Shown: positions 18,650 through 29,095, numbered from the stretch's first letter. The stretch: DNA of 64,000 bases from Candidatus Marinacidobacterales bacterium (GCA_965226495.1 OZ245365.1:1792001-1856000), one strand, 5' to 3'. The notes: generated by a model not told the origin, from the letters alone. Made by a program: numbers and translations.

Positions 18650-20005
18650 TTGGAGCTCACCTCCGGCCTGTTCGCGGGCTTCGTCGGCCTGGTTCTGCTG
18701 CAGTACTACGTGCTTCCGCGGCGCGCGCAGAACTATTTGCTTCTGATCGCCAGCTACGTCTTCTATCTTAGCTGGTCCCGGTTCTTTCCCCTGGTTTTAT
18801 TGGGCCTGACGTTGGCTAACTTCATTATTGCCCAGGGCCTGGAACGCGCCGGCAAGCGTTTCTGGCTGTGGATGGGCGTCGGCCTCAACCTGGCGGCCCT
18901 GGCCTTCTTCAAATACGCGGATTTCTTCGTGCCGGAGTTACTCGACACCTTGTCTCGCCTCGGGTTCGGCACCCGGGCAGACACGTTGCGGATCCTGCTG
19001 CCGGTGGGCCTTTCCTTCTACAGCCTCCAGGGCATCTCCTATCTGGTGGATGTGTACCGAGGGCAGCTACGGGCGGCAACTGATCCAGTCGACTTCGCTC
19101 TCTATATGGCCTATTTGCTGGTGTGGGCAGCATGCAGTCTGTTTTCGGCAGGAGTCGCCGCACAGCAGCTGTCACCGCGCTCCTTCTGGCCGGCACCCAA
19201 GGGGACCAAAGTCCTGGTGTTCGGGTACTCGTACTCCACCGGGGACGTGCTCACGGATCCTTCGCTTCCGATCTACGGTGTGGATTCCGAGATCGGCACG
19301 GGTTTCCTGGGCTATCTGCAAACCGTCGCCCTTTGGGGACGGACGACGAACGTCATCGTCGAGCTGCCTTATTCCTGGGGAAACACAAAAGGTCTCCTGT
19401 CCGACCTTGAGGCACGGAGGGACCTCTCCGGCTTTGCCGATCTTGGCGTCACCCTATCGGTCAATCTGCTCGGCGCGCCGTCCATGACCCCCGCGGATTT
19501 TCAAAGGCTCCGCGCCAACCCCCATCCGATTCTCGGAGTGAGCCTCAAGGTCCTGGCCCCCACCGGAGACTACGACGCGGACAGACTAATCAACGTCGGA
19601 GCCAATCGCTGGGCCGCCAAACCGGAGTTTGGCTTCCTGATTCCCCTCGGCGCGAAGTGGATTTTGGAGCTCGAGGGGGGTGCGTGGTTTTTCGGTGACG
19701 ACGACAACTTCGCCGCAGGGAAAAGGGAGCAGGAGCCCATACTTAGTGCAGAGGTCCATCTCGTGAGGCGCTTCCGCCCCGGTTTCTGGGCCTCGCTAGA
19801 GGGCAACTTTTTCACGGGCGGTCAGCAAACGATAGGAGAAGTTGAGTCGGTCGTCGTACAACGGAACTCGAGGATCGGGGTAACGGTCGTCGTGCCATTT
19901 CGCGGCCGCCACGCCATCAAGGTTGGCTACAGCGGGGGTGTCGTCACCGAGTTCGGCAGCGACTACCGCCAATTCCTGGTGAGCTATCAGGTGGTCTTCA
20001 GGTAG
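18650..20005 (+). CDS. Chimeric ORF: N-terminal part of an AlgI/DltB-like MBOAT fused in-frame to a phenol-degradation/MetA-type outer-membrane beta-barrel
   Basis: LLIASYVFY, FFKYADFF and LPVGLSFYSLQGISYLVDVYRG..DFALYMAY, then an abrupt switch at about 19116 to QQLSPRSFWPAP..TGDYD..NVGANRW..SYQVVFR. Confidence 0.7.
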   Translation: MELTSGLFAGFVGLVLLQYYVLPRRAQNYLLLIASYVFYLSWSRFFPLVLLGLTLANFIIAQGLERAGKRFWLWMGVGLNLAALAFFKYADFFVPELLDTLSRLGFGTRADTLRILLPVGLSFYSLQGISYLVDVYRGQLRAATDPVDFALYMAYLLVWAACSLFSAGVAAQQLSPRSFWPAPKGTKVLVFGYSYSTGDVLTDPSLPIYGVDSEIGTGFLGYLQTVALWGRTTNVIVELPYSWGNTKGLLSDLEARRDLSGFADLGVTLSVNLLGAPSMTPADFQRLRANPHPILGVSLKVLAPTGDYDADRLINVGANRWAAKPEFGFLIPLGAKWILELEGGAWFFGDDDNFAAGKREQEPILSAEVHLVRRFRPGFWASLEGNFFTGGQQTIGEVESVVVQRNSRIGVTVVVPFRGRHAIKVGYSGGVVTEFGSDYRQFLVSYQVVFR

Positions 20006-20133
20006 GGCTCGGGTCGGCCTGAAGCGCTCGAAAAGCTGCTTGCAGTCGACGATCTCGCGACGTTCGCGAGGTCAGCCTCATCGGTGCTCAGGGGAGAGTC
20101 GCCGTCCATACGGGCGGCAGCGGTATCCCGCTT

Positions 20134-21377
20134 CTACTGACCGCGCGGACTGCCGGCGGCGGTGCGTTCCTTCACCACCCATCCCAGCCCCGGAGCTCCT
20201 TTCTTGCGCGCTCCGAAGCGCGCCCCGTAAGCTGCATCTCGAGACCGCTCGCACCCAGCTCCAACTTCGCTCGTGCTGCGATCTCGGCGGCGTCCTTCGA
20301 CACCGGTTCTGTCCAGGCCAGGTAGTCGAGGGGAAGCAGTGCGATCGCCCGCCCTCCCGACAGGCCGACCATGGCCCGAGAGTCCGTCAGAACGGAGGTC
20401 ACTTCGCCCTCGCTACCCCGGCGCTGCAGCATCTCCGCGCTCTCGACGAAAAAGAGCGCCTCGCGCGGGGTCTTCGCCTCGCGGGCGGCGTCGACGTAGT
20501 CCGCCACGCCCTTCACCTTCACCGCCTGGAGCGCGGCCACAAAGCGGGTCTGCTCGGTCAGTGTGAAGGCGTCGTTCCGAAAGAAGCTCTTCGCGATCTC
20601 GTCGGAAACACCGAGCGCCTTCAGCCCCGCCTCGTTGGCCTTGCGCAACGTCTCTGGGTCCTGGCTCCAGACGAGCGATCCCACTGTCGAGGTCGTGCTG
20701 ACAACAGTTGGGATCGGCACCACCACCTTGGTGGCAATCCCGCCCGCGGCGTCGAGCTTGGCGATCTCAAGGAGCGCCTGCTGGAGCACCGGATTCCGGC
20801 TGTAGGGGTCGACCTGGAGCTTCTGCGCCCAGATCCGAGCGGACTTGTTCACGCCGAGGACGGAGTTAGCAACACCCTCCGCGTTCTCCCCGGTGGACTT
20901 CTCCTCTTCGCGGTCGTCGTCCTCGGTGACATCTTCGGCGAGGCGCTTGGACTTGCGGCCGAGATTGACGCCGAAGCGCTGGACACCCGCACCGAAGCCC
21001 TTCGCCGTGCCCTCGGGGTCCTTAGCGACGTTCACGACGCCCTTGCCCAGGGACTCGAGCGAGCGCCCCGCCGCCTCGACGAAGACGTCCGTCTTCGACA
21101 CCTCCTTGAGGGCGACGAGGGCCTCGGTCTCCGTGATGCGCTTCTTCAGGAGGGCGTGACCAACGACCTCGAGATCGCCGAACTCGGTGTCGAGCGTGAA
21201 CGCGTAGTAGAAGCCCTTGGTGGGCACCTCGTCGTCCACGGTGTGGTGAGGCCCCTTCCTCTCCGCCGCCGTGAGGATCTCTTTGGCCTCGAACGTCTTC
21301 GGCCCCTCCCCGGGTGCCTGTGCCGGGGCCAGGTAAGGCACGGACGCAACAAAGACGACGAGGGCAGCGATTCTCAT
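20134..21377 (-). CDS. Secreted hypothetical protein (3' end frameshifted at about 20190)
   Basis: RBS aaaaggag, signal peptide MRIAALVV..APAQA, VDPYSRNP motif. The track ORF stops at 20172; restoring one G gives ..LRGLGWVVKE..* at 20134. Confidence 0.7.
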
Positions 21378-21425
21378 GGGGCTCCTTTTCGAGATCAGGT
21401 TGTCACGGCCGCGCGGGACGAGTCT

Positions 21426-21464
21426 CTCGTAAGGACCGAGGCGCTGGCCGGCGGTCAGGCTCAT
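21426..21464 (-). pseudogene. 13-codon stub of a Hanks-type Ser/Thr kinase
   Basis: MSLTAGQRLGPYE with RBS aggaa; resembles the stereotyped N-terminus of acidobacterial kinases. Confidence 0.55.
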
Positions 21465-21575
21465 GACTGTCGATTCCTGCTGGCGGGCATTCGTGCGATT
21501 CTACCCGCAGAGAGTCGTTTCTGGAAGTCCGCAGCGTACTTGTCCGGGATATAGTCGGCATCGTGATTGGACTGC

Positions 21576-22478
21576 CTAGATTCCAGCGAAATCACGAATC
21601 TCTTCTTCGAGGGGTATGACTGCTCGTCCGGTCATACCCCGACACTTGAGGGCCGCGGCGGCATTAGCGAACCGTGCGGCCACGTCAGGAGCCTCGTCGG
21701 CGAGCAATGAATGGACGAACGCGCCGTGAAATACGTCGCCGGCTCCGGTCGAGTCCATGGCTTCGACCTTGTGGCCTGGAATCCAAAGTGTCGACACGTC
21801 AGAGGCCTGAATCACGCAGCCTTCGGGTCCGAGCGTGAGCCCGGCGATGCGTCGACCGTCTGGCGCGAGGTGACTCTGGAGCTCGACCAAAAACTTAGCG
21901 GTATCGTAGCCTTCTCCTAGAAGCGTCCGCGGGTATGTGTGGGACAAGATGGCGACGTCGGTCAGTCCCAAGATCTCCTCGACACCGGGCCGAGGATGAC
22001 CGCAGTCTAAGACCACAGTGGTACCGGCACGACGTGCACGCGTCGCCCAATCGATTTGTATATCGGGTAGGCGAGCATCCACTAGCAGGATGCGACAAGA
22101 GTCGAGTTGGACATCACTGGGCGAGAGCGGGAGATCCGTTTGCCAACCTTCGAAGATAGTACGCCGCCCACCGTCGACCAAGATGACGCTGCTCGGGGAC
22201 GGTAGATCTTTTTTTCGGACGACCCCAGAAACGTCCACTCCCTCGCGGCGCAGGTCGTCGATGATGAATTCGCCCACCGCATCGTCGCCCACGATGCCGC
22301 GGAACGCGACACGTCGGCCGAGACGGGCGAGTGTCACTAGGGCGGTCGGTACGGGCCCACCGCTCGATTCGTAGAACCCCTTGGCTCGGTACTTCTCATC
22401 GGGAGTCGGAAAGGTGTCGAGCAAGACGGTGACATCTCTCACCGCTACCCCGAGTCCGAGAACGTCGAAATCTGCCAT
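21576..22478 (-). CDS. PfkB/ribokinase family carbohydrate kinase
   Basis: GGPVPTALVTLARLG, VGDD and DSTGAGDVFHGAF. Confidence 0.9.
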   Translation of the reverse strand: MADFDVLGLGVAVRDVTVLLDTFPTPDEKYRAKGFYESSGGPVPTALVTLARLGRRVAFRGIVGDDAVGEFIIDDLRREGVDVSGVVRKKDLPSPSSVILVDGGRRTIFEGWQTDLPLSPSDVQLDSCRILLVDARLPDIQIDWATRARRAGTTVVLDCGHPRPGVEEILGLTDVAILSHTYPRTLLGEGYDTAKFLVELQSHLAPDGRRIAGLTLGPEGCVIQASDVSTLWIPGHKVEAMDSTGAGDVFHGAFVHSLLADEAPDVAARFANAAAALKCRGMTGRAVIPLEEEIRDFAGI

Positions 22479-22516
22479 CTTTGGGTCTTTCTTCCGCGGC
22501 GGTAGAATAGCAGACA

Positions 22517-23593
22517 GTGAGAAAAACCAAGCCGCCGCCGCGTGGGCGAGGCGCGGTCAGCAATCGGGAAGGCCGCTTCGAGCCCTTCCAAAGCGAGGCC
22601 TTCGACGACGGCTGGCAAGGACTGGATTGGGAGCCGACGCCGATCTCGACCACGGTGACTCCCGAGAAGAGCCGGACGCTCATCACGCGGAACGACTCAC
22701 CCGACGTGCCGTTCGACCTTTCCATCAATCCCTATAAGGGTTGCGAGCACGGTTGCATCTATTGCTTCGCGCGACCGACGCACGCCTATCTGGGCCTTTC
22801 CCCGGGGCTGGACTTTGAAAGCCGCATCTTCTCGAAACCCGATGCAGCGAGCAGATTACGGGAGCAACTCTCCAAGCGGGGCTATCGGCCTCAAGTGATC
22901 GCCTTGGGTGCCAACACCGATCCGTATCAACCGGCGGAGAGGGAACTCAAGATCACTCGGTCCATCCTCGAAGTCATGGCGGAATTCCAACATCCGGTTG
23001 GCATCGTGACGAAGTCTAATCTTGTGCTCCGAGACCTGGATCTGTTGCGTGCGCTCGCGGCCGATAATTTGGTCAACGTCATGGTCTCGGTCACGACGTT
23101 GGAGCGGGAGCTGGCGCGGCGGATGGAGCCCCGCGCCCCGACACCGGAGCGTCGGTTGGAAGCCATGCGTGGTCTCGTGGAGGCCGGCGTGCCGGTCGGT
23201 GTTCTCGCGTCGCCGATGATCCCGGGCCTCAACGACTCAGAGATGGAGGGCATCCTGAAATCGGCATCCGAAGCGGGAGCCTGCTCGGCGGGCTACATCT
23301 TGATCCGACTACCACTCGAGGTGAAGGAGCTCTTCACCGAATGGCTCGAGACCCACTATCCGACGAAGACGTCACACGTGCTGAACCTCATCCGCGGAAC
23401 TCGAGAAGGTAAGCTCTACGACCCCCAGTTCGGCACCCGTATGCGCGGCACCGGGCAGTATGCGGAGATGCTCGAGCGCCGGTTCGAAGTTGCTCGGCGC
23501 CGGTTCGGTCTGGACAAGAAACCCGCACCCCTCGATGTCACCCGTTTCCGGGTGCCGGCCCGGCCGGGGGACCAGATGGCGCTCTTCGAGTAG
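22517..23593 (+). CDS. PA0069/Rv2578c-family radical SAM protein (SplB-like)
   Basis: SINPYKGCEHGCIYCFARPTH, TDPYQPAE and QMALF terminus. Confidence 0.9.
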   Translation: MRKTKPPPRGRGAVSNREGRFEPFQSEAFDDGWQGLDWEPTPISTTVTPEKSRTLITRNDSPDVPFDLSINPYKGCEHGCIYCFARPTHAYLGLSPGLDFESRIFSKPDAASRLREQLSKRGYRPQVIALGANTDPYQPAERELKITRSILEVMAEFQHPVGIVTKSNLVLRDLDLLRALAADNLVNVMVSVTTLERELARRMEPRAPTPERRLEAMRGLVEAGVPVGVLASPMIPGLNDSEMEGILKSASEAGACSAGYILIRLPLEVKELFTEWLETHYPTKTSHVLNLIRGTREGKLYDPQFGTRMRGTGQYAEMLERRFEVARRRFGLDKKPAPLDVTRFRVPARPGDQMALFE

Positions 23594-23616
23594 ATCGATC
23601 CGCAGTTGAAAACGGA

Positions 23617-24495
23617 CTAAAGAGTCACCACCAGTGCCACTTTGAAGAGGGTGTCGAGCTTCATCCTACGGACGGGAACGGTTCCGATCGGCAGCGAAGG
23701 CCCCACTGATGGAGGTATCGGGAAGAGCTCGATCTCTTCGAGGCCGGGAATGTTTCGGTAAAGCAGCTGCAAGCTAACTCGCAGGGCCAGGAGACTCGTC
23801 AGGTTGGAGGTCAGGCTGTTCGTCCAATCGAACTGGTAGTCTTCTAGGTCCTTCAGATTGGGGAGAATCGTGAAGTCGTTATCGTACTGATTGTTGCTGC
23901 CAAATCGTTTCATGTAGTCGAGGGAGACTCGAAGGGCGGGAAAACTTCCGTCCAAGGCCGGATCCTCGATTTCCTCTTCCCGGTTGGTGTAAGTAAGCGC
24001 GTAGTCGGTTCGGAAGTGGGAGTCCTCGCGATTCCACCAGGTGTTGCCGAGCCCTCCGTACACCGTCGTCATGTTCTGGATTCCGGCGTTCAGATCGCGC
24101 GTCCATCCCGCGCCGGCGATCCAGTAGAGTTTCGCGTTAACATCTCGCCGGTACTCCCCGTCGACGGTATACCTCTCGGTGTCCAGGTCAGCCAATTCGT
24201 CCTCGAGCACGTTGAAATCGTCTGGGCCGGCGACGACGGCGATGCGGTCGTCGGTGGTCTTGGTTCGCAGTCCGCTGAATCCGAACGCGAGCGTGGCGTT
24301 CTCCCAGGTCCGGGAGAGCTTGTCGTCAAAGGTGAAGGTCGATGTGCGGGAGTTCCCCCCGGTGAGGACGAGCCCCAGGTCCGCTACGTTCGACCAACCT
24401 AGTTTCTTCTCCTCTTCTTCTTGACCCATCGCTTCTTCCACAGCGGCTAGCGCTAGAATAGTGAATACAACTGTAGAAAGTAATTTCGTTTTCAC
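23617..24495 (-). CDS. DUF481 (YdiY-like) outer-membrane protein
   Basis: Signal peptide; GW...LG..LTGGNS start and beta-strand pattern. Confidence 0.75.
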   Translation of the reverse strand: MKTKLLSTVVFTILALAAVEEAMGQEEEEKKLGWSNVADLGLVLTGGNSRTSTFTFDDKLSRTWENATLAFGFSGLRTKTTDDRIAVVAGPDDFNVLEDELADLDTERYTVDGEYRRDVNAKLYWIAGAGWTRDLNAGIQNMTTVYGGLGNTWWNREDSHFRTDYALTYTNREEEIEDPALDGSFPALRVSLDYMKRFGSNNQYDNDFTILPNLKDLEDYQFDWTNSLTSNLTSLLALRVSLQLLYRNIPGLEEIELFPIPPSVGPSLPIGTVPVRRMKLDTLFKVALVVTL

Positions 24496-24758
24496 TTCAT
24501 CCTCCTGAACTCTGCTTTCGCGGCCTCTGGTTTCGTGAGAAGGGCATACGTCGAAGGGCTGATTATAGCGTGACAGTCGCGCGTGTGCAGGCGATAACGC
24601 ATCCGGCCAGACTTACGTTGCGAAAGAATGCGCACTTTCGCAGCACCAGGAAGGTAGAGTCGTGAACGAGTGGACTTATCTATGAACTTGAGATTTCAAG
24701 TCCTCCGTTACGCGGCTCGAGTGGATCCGGTTATCGCCCTTCCATACGAGTAGCGGCC

Positions 24759-25802
24759 TTAGCCGATGTCGAGCACCATCCCGTCTTCGGCGAGAACGAC
24801 CGGTCCATCGAAGTTGGCGCGAATCTGATGGGTCAGTTCCATCCAAATCTCCGGTCCCACCGGCTCGCCGAAATACTGTCTGGACATTTCGATGGCAGCC
24901 TCTCCACTGGTGAAGGGCCCCACGTGTGTGGCGACCACTTTCTTGACTCCGGCTTTTTGAGCGAGCTCGCCGAGCTCACTGGGCGCGGTATGGCCGGTGC
25001 TCGGCTTTTTTCGGGAGTTGAAACTTCCGCCCACCGTCATCCCATCGGGCGCAAACGTACATTCGTGGATCAGCATATCGGCACCCTTCGCGAGCTCGAT
25101 GACGCTGTCGGCGGGTCCGGTGTCCCCGCTGATGACGACCGATCCGTAGCTCGAGTCGACCCGATAGGCATAGCTTTCCTTGCCCATCGAGGTGAGGTGC
25201 GGAGTCGGCGCCGCCGTCACTTTGAACTGGTCGGTTTCAACGACGACACCATTGGATACATGGCTCACCTCGACCGGAGGCTCCGGTTCGGCTTTCATCG
25301 GAACCGGATCTCGCACTCTCTTTTTCACGAACTCCACGTCCATCTGATGCATGCCGTAAAGGGCTCCGTCGGACATGGCCTTGGTGCCCGGAGGTCCGAA
25401 CACCTTGAACGTTCCTCGTCGACCCGCAATCCAAGACGATACGACGAAATAGCCGTAGGTGGCGATGTGATCGAAATGAAGGTGGGTGAAAAAAACGTAG
25501 TCCACATCGACAGGATTGATGCCGGCGCCGGCTAGATTGTCCATGGCTCTCCGGCCGCAGTCGACCAGCAGGATCGTGCCGTCGACGAGAACGGCCTGGC
25601 TGGCACCGCCACGCTTCGGGTCAATGAGTGCCGAACCTGAGCCAGTGATGACGACCTGCATGCCCTTGTCGCGGAGGGCACTGTCACGACTCCGTGTCGG
25701 CCCTAAACGAAATCGCGGTGCCGCGGTTACGGAGGCGGCAGTGCCCAGGAGCGTTCCCAAAATGCCCCGCCGGGTCCATTTGGATCTACTTGCCTTGCTC
25801 AT
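24759..25802 (-). CDS. Tat-exported MBL-fold hydrolase (RNase Z/arylsulfatase-like)
   Basis: TRRGIL Tat motif; LVDCG, THLHFDH, SGDT, LIHE and GHT. Confidence 0.85.
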   Translation of the reverse strand: MSKASRSKWTRRGILGTLLGTAASVTAAPRFRLGPTRSRDSALRDKGMQVVITGSGSALIDPKRGGASQAVLVDGTILLVDCGRRAMDNLAGAGINPVDVDYVFFTHLHFDHIATYGYFVVSSWIAGRRGTFKVFGPPGTKAMSDGALYGMHQMDVEFVKKRVRDPVPMKAEPEPPVEVSHVSNGVVVETDQFKVTAAPTPHLTSMGKESYAYRVDSSYGSVVISGDTGPADSVIELAKGADMLIHECTFAPDGMTVGGSFNSRKKPSTGHTAPSELGELAQKAGVKKVVATHVGPFTSGEAAIEMSRQYFGEPVGPEIWMELTHQIRANFDGPVVLAEDGMVLDIG

Positions 25803-25819
25803 GGTTGAGACTCCCTTCC

Positions 25820-27245
25820 TCACTTGTAGATTACACCGTTTTTGATGACGTGGACGACGTGTCGCTCCAGGACCTCAATGTTTTGAAGCGGATCGCCGTC
25901 GACGACAATGATGTCGGCCAGTTTCCCCGGTGACACGGTCCCTAGCTTCTGGTCGACACCCTGCATCTCCGCAGCGCGAACCGTCGCACTCTCGATGGCT
26001 TCCATCGGTGGTAGTCCTGCCTCCACCAGGTTGGCGACCTCCCGAGCGAGCGGGCTGTGGAAATTGAGAGGCGAGCCGGTGTCGCATCCCGCCACCAGCT
26101 GCTCGCGTCCACCCGCTTCTGTGAACTCTCGGAGCTTTTGTTTGACGACATCGAGTCGTTGACGCGCTCCTCGACCCCAAGGGATGGCCGGGAATCGCCT
26201 CCAAGACTCGAAGAGGAATTCGTAGAGATCCGGTGTGTATTGCTCGCGGAGAGTGGGATGCTCGAGGATGCCGGGAAAGTCGTGGACTCGTACGTACGCC
26301 TGGCGCATTTCGATGGTAGGGAGAATGTAGGGACCTCGCACCATGCTTGTCCACGGCCCGATCGCGATCGGCCGTTCGCCCCGAATCAGGGTGCGCATTT
26401 CGTCGTCGCCGTAGTCGGACAGTGGATCGGCGGTGAAAACGTGGTGAAGACGATCGACCCCGGCTCCAATGGCGGCACGGTAGGCCTCGACGTTCCGTAC
26501 GTCGGCGTCGATCCCAATGCCGGCGGCGTGCGCCGCTTCGACGAGCGGTTCGAGTACGGATTGGTTCTGAAAGCCAAAGATCTTGATCTGATCCACGTGC
26601 AAGCCGACGAGCTCCTCGGCAACCGCTCGGGCCTCTTGCGGCGTTCCCACCGAGTGCTCTCCCACTTCTCTAATCACGTTGGCTTCGAGATCTCGCTCGG
26701 GCGTCGCCGTGTTATTGGCGTGCCGATAGGTCACAATCGGGCCGGCCAGATAGAGTCTCGGCCCAGGTTTCCGTCCCGCGTCGATCTCCTCACGGAGTTT
26801 CATCTGTTGGTCGAGAGGCCCGCCGACGTCCCGAAAGCTTGTAATCCCGGGCCATCAAGCTAATCTCGGCGACGCGTTCCATGATGGCGGGCATGCGGTC
26901 CGAAAAACGACTGAGATACGCCGCAGGATCCCCCGCCCCCACATGCATCAAATGACCGTGGCTTTCCCAAAGACCGGGAAGCACCGTCATGCCGCGCGTG
27001 TCCACCACTTCCACGTTCTCCGGAACCGCCAATTGCCCGACACGGCTCACGTCGAGGATCGTATCGCCGGCGACGAGCACAATGGACTCCTCGACGGGAT
27101 CGCCGCCGTACCCGTCGATGAGCCGTCCACCGACTAGAGCGAGCGTGACATTGGGTTCGGACTGAGAGGCCTGAAGTGGCGCTACCCACGCGCCAAGAAA
27201 CAGTAGTGCCAGAAAGTGGGATCCAAGTCTGGCTTTCGCATTCAT
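25820..27245 (-). CDS. Secreted amidohydrolase family protein, split by a frameshift at about 26850
   Basis: PGLWESHGH in ORF 26790-27245; GPRLYLAG, AGCDTG and GKLADIIVVDGDP in ORF 25820-26803. Removing one C restores MAGITSFRDVGG. Confidence 0.85.
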
Positions 27246-27343
27246 CTTTTTATCTCGGGGCCCCTCGGGATCTAGGCCAACCTTATAGATTCATTCGCCC
27301 GAGTCAAGTAGAGATTTCGTCACTCGATCGGGTATACAGGATT

Positions 27344-27976
27344 GTGGCACAGCCATCGTCAAAGCCGAACGGGGCGGACATCGTTGGGTTGGTTATGGCA
27401 GCCGGGGAGTCGACCCGCTTTGGATCGCCCAAGCAACTCCTTCCTTTTGGCGACACCACGCTCCTCGGCCACGTGGTGCGAAATGTGAACGCCTCCGGCC
27501 TCGACCGGGTCATCGTTGTTCTCGGTCGTTCTGCTGACGAGTCGAAGGACGCGGTGGATTTCGGGCGCGCTGCGGTCGTGGACAATCGAGCCTATCGTTC
27601 TGGCTGTGCGTCTTCTCTGCTGGCCGGCTTGGATACCCTAGGTGAGGGTGCCGAGTGTGCTGCGGTAATGCTCGTTCTGGGTGACCAGCCTGGGGTTGGG
27701 ACCGCGGTCATCGACGACGTCTGCGAGGATTGGCGCGCGCACCGGCCCTGGGCGGCGGTCACGTCCTATCGCGGCGAGTTAGGCCATCCTTTTGTCTTTG
27801 CCCGTTCCGCGTTCGACGATCTCCGCGGGCTTCATGGGGACAAAGCGATCTGGAAGCTCATAGAAGCGCAGCCGGAGCGTGTCCGGCAGATGGAAATGGA
27901 CATCGAGCTCCCGCCGGACATCGATACTCCCGAAGACTACCAGCGGGTCCGGGCGATCTGGCAGGGCAGTGATTAA
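27344..27976 (+). CDS. mocA: Molybdenum cofactor cytidylyltransferase (MocA/MobA-like NTP transferase)
   Basis: MAAGESTRFGSPKQLL, LGDQP, GHPFVF, GDK and DIDTPEDY. Confidence 0.85.
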   Translation: MAQPSSKPNGADIVGLVMAAGESTRFGSPKQLLPFGDTTLLGHVVRNVNASGLDRVIVVLGRSADESKDAVDFGRAAVVDNRAYRSGCASSLLAGLDTLGEGAECAAVMLVLGDQPGVGTAVIDDVCEDWRAHRPWAAVTSYRGELGHPFVFARSAFDDLRGLHGDKAIWKLIEAQPERVRQMEMDIELPPDIDTPEDYQRVRAIWQGSD

Positions 27977-27984
27977 CGACAGCG

Positions 27985-28546
27985 TCAGTCGCGAATCGCT
28001 TCCGCATCGACTTCGTCGCGAATCGCTGATCAGGACATCGCTACCGACAACCACCCCGCCATTTTCGAGATCCCCGTTCCAGCTGACACCGAAGTCGTGG
28101 CGATTGATAATGGTTTCCGCGACGAACCCGGCGCGTATCTTAGGTCCTCGGTCTTTACCATCCTCCCACCATGGCGTGGGCCATTGTCCAAGGTGTCTCA
28201 CGTTCATCTGTACCTCGCGCGTGACGCCTTTGACCGCTAAGTCGCCCTTGACCTTGAACTCGTTCTGGCCGATGCGATCAATGAACTTTCCCCGATAGGT
28301 AATGGTCGGATGCTTCTCGACGTCGAGAAAATCTGCGGCGCGCAGGTGCCCGTCGCGTTCCGCCTCTCCAGTCCAGATCTTGCTTACGTCGATGTCGACT
28401 TTGAGGGAGCCGTCCAACGGATGATCCATGTCAAAGTCCAAGGTTCCATGCACGCTCGGAAAAAGTCCTCGGACCCACGTCACCATCATGTGACGAACCG
28501 AGAACTCTGCGGCGGTATGACCAGGCTCGAACGTCCACTTCGGCAT
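27985..28546 (-). CDS. YceI family lipid/isoprenoid-binding protein, 3' end disrupted by a 13-bp insertion
   Basis: HTAAEFSVRHMM..VRG, RDGHLRAADFLD and NRHDFGVSWN; the natural end EVDAEAIRD* is out of frame. Confidence 0.88.
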
Positions 28547-28819
28547 TGAGTTAATTCCTCCAGCTGACTAATAGCATGTACCGAGCTGGCGGGCCAGAGC
28601 TCGTAAGAGGCTTACTGACAACAATCTGCTTGACTTTGCGCAATCGGCAGGAGTAACTTCGCGCTCGTAGCCGCGCCGGGCCAAGCTGTTTCGTACAACC
28701 TGGTCTTTCGCGTCCACTCCGGAGGCACGGGCCAGCGCACCCAGAGCCGCAGGAAACGAAGCAAGCCGTCCGTAGCCGACGGCTTGGAGCCGGTTTGAAA
28801 TGACACTGACTCGTGTTCT

Positions 28820-29092
28820 CATCGCCATGTCAGCATCCTCGCGGAGTTGGTTTTGATTCGGCGCCGCAGCCTCATCCGGGGGATGGGTGTCGAGCCGGCC
28901 GCCCCCGCAACCGAAGCCACTCCTCGGGTATCGCAACTGACCGAGGCCACCGATCCGGTTTGTGGTATGACCGTGGAGGTGGAATCTGCGCAACACCTCT
29001 CCGACCATGCGGGCCAGGTTTACTATTTCTGTTGCTCTGGTTGTAAGCGGTCTTTTGATCGGGAACCAAAAACTTACTTGGTGAAGCGCTAG
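28820..29092 (+). pseudogene. 3' remnant of an XdhC/CoxF-YHS fusion gene (YHS domain intact)
   Basis: IA.SILAELV (XdhC-like C-terminal helix) followed by ATDPVCGMTV..YYFCCSGCKRSF. Confidence 0.65.
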
Positions 29093-29095
29093 CCG

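Noticed and set aside
20040-21554. 504-aa plus-strand ORF
   Set aside because: It is an antisense shadow of the minus-strand secreted protein, which has the RBS and signal peptide.
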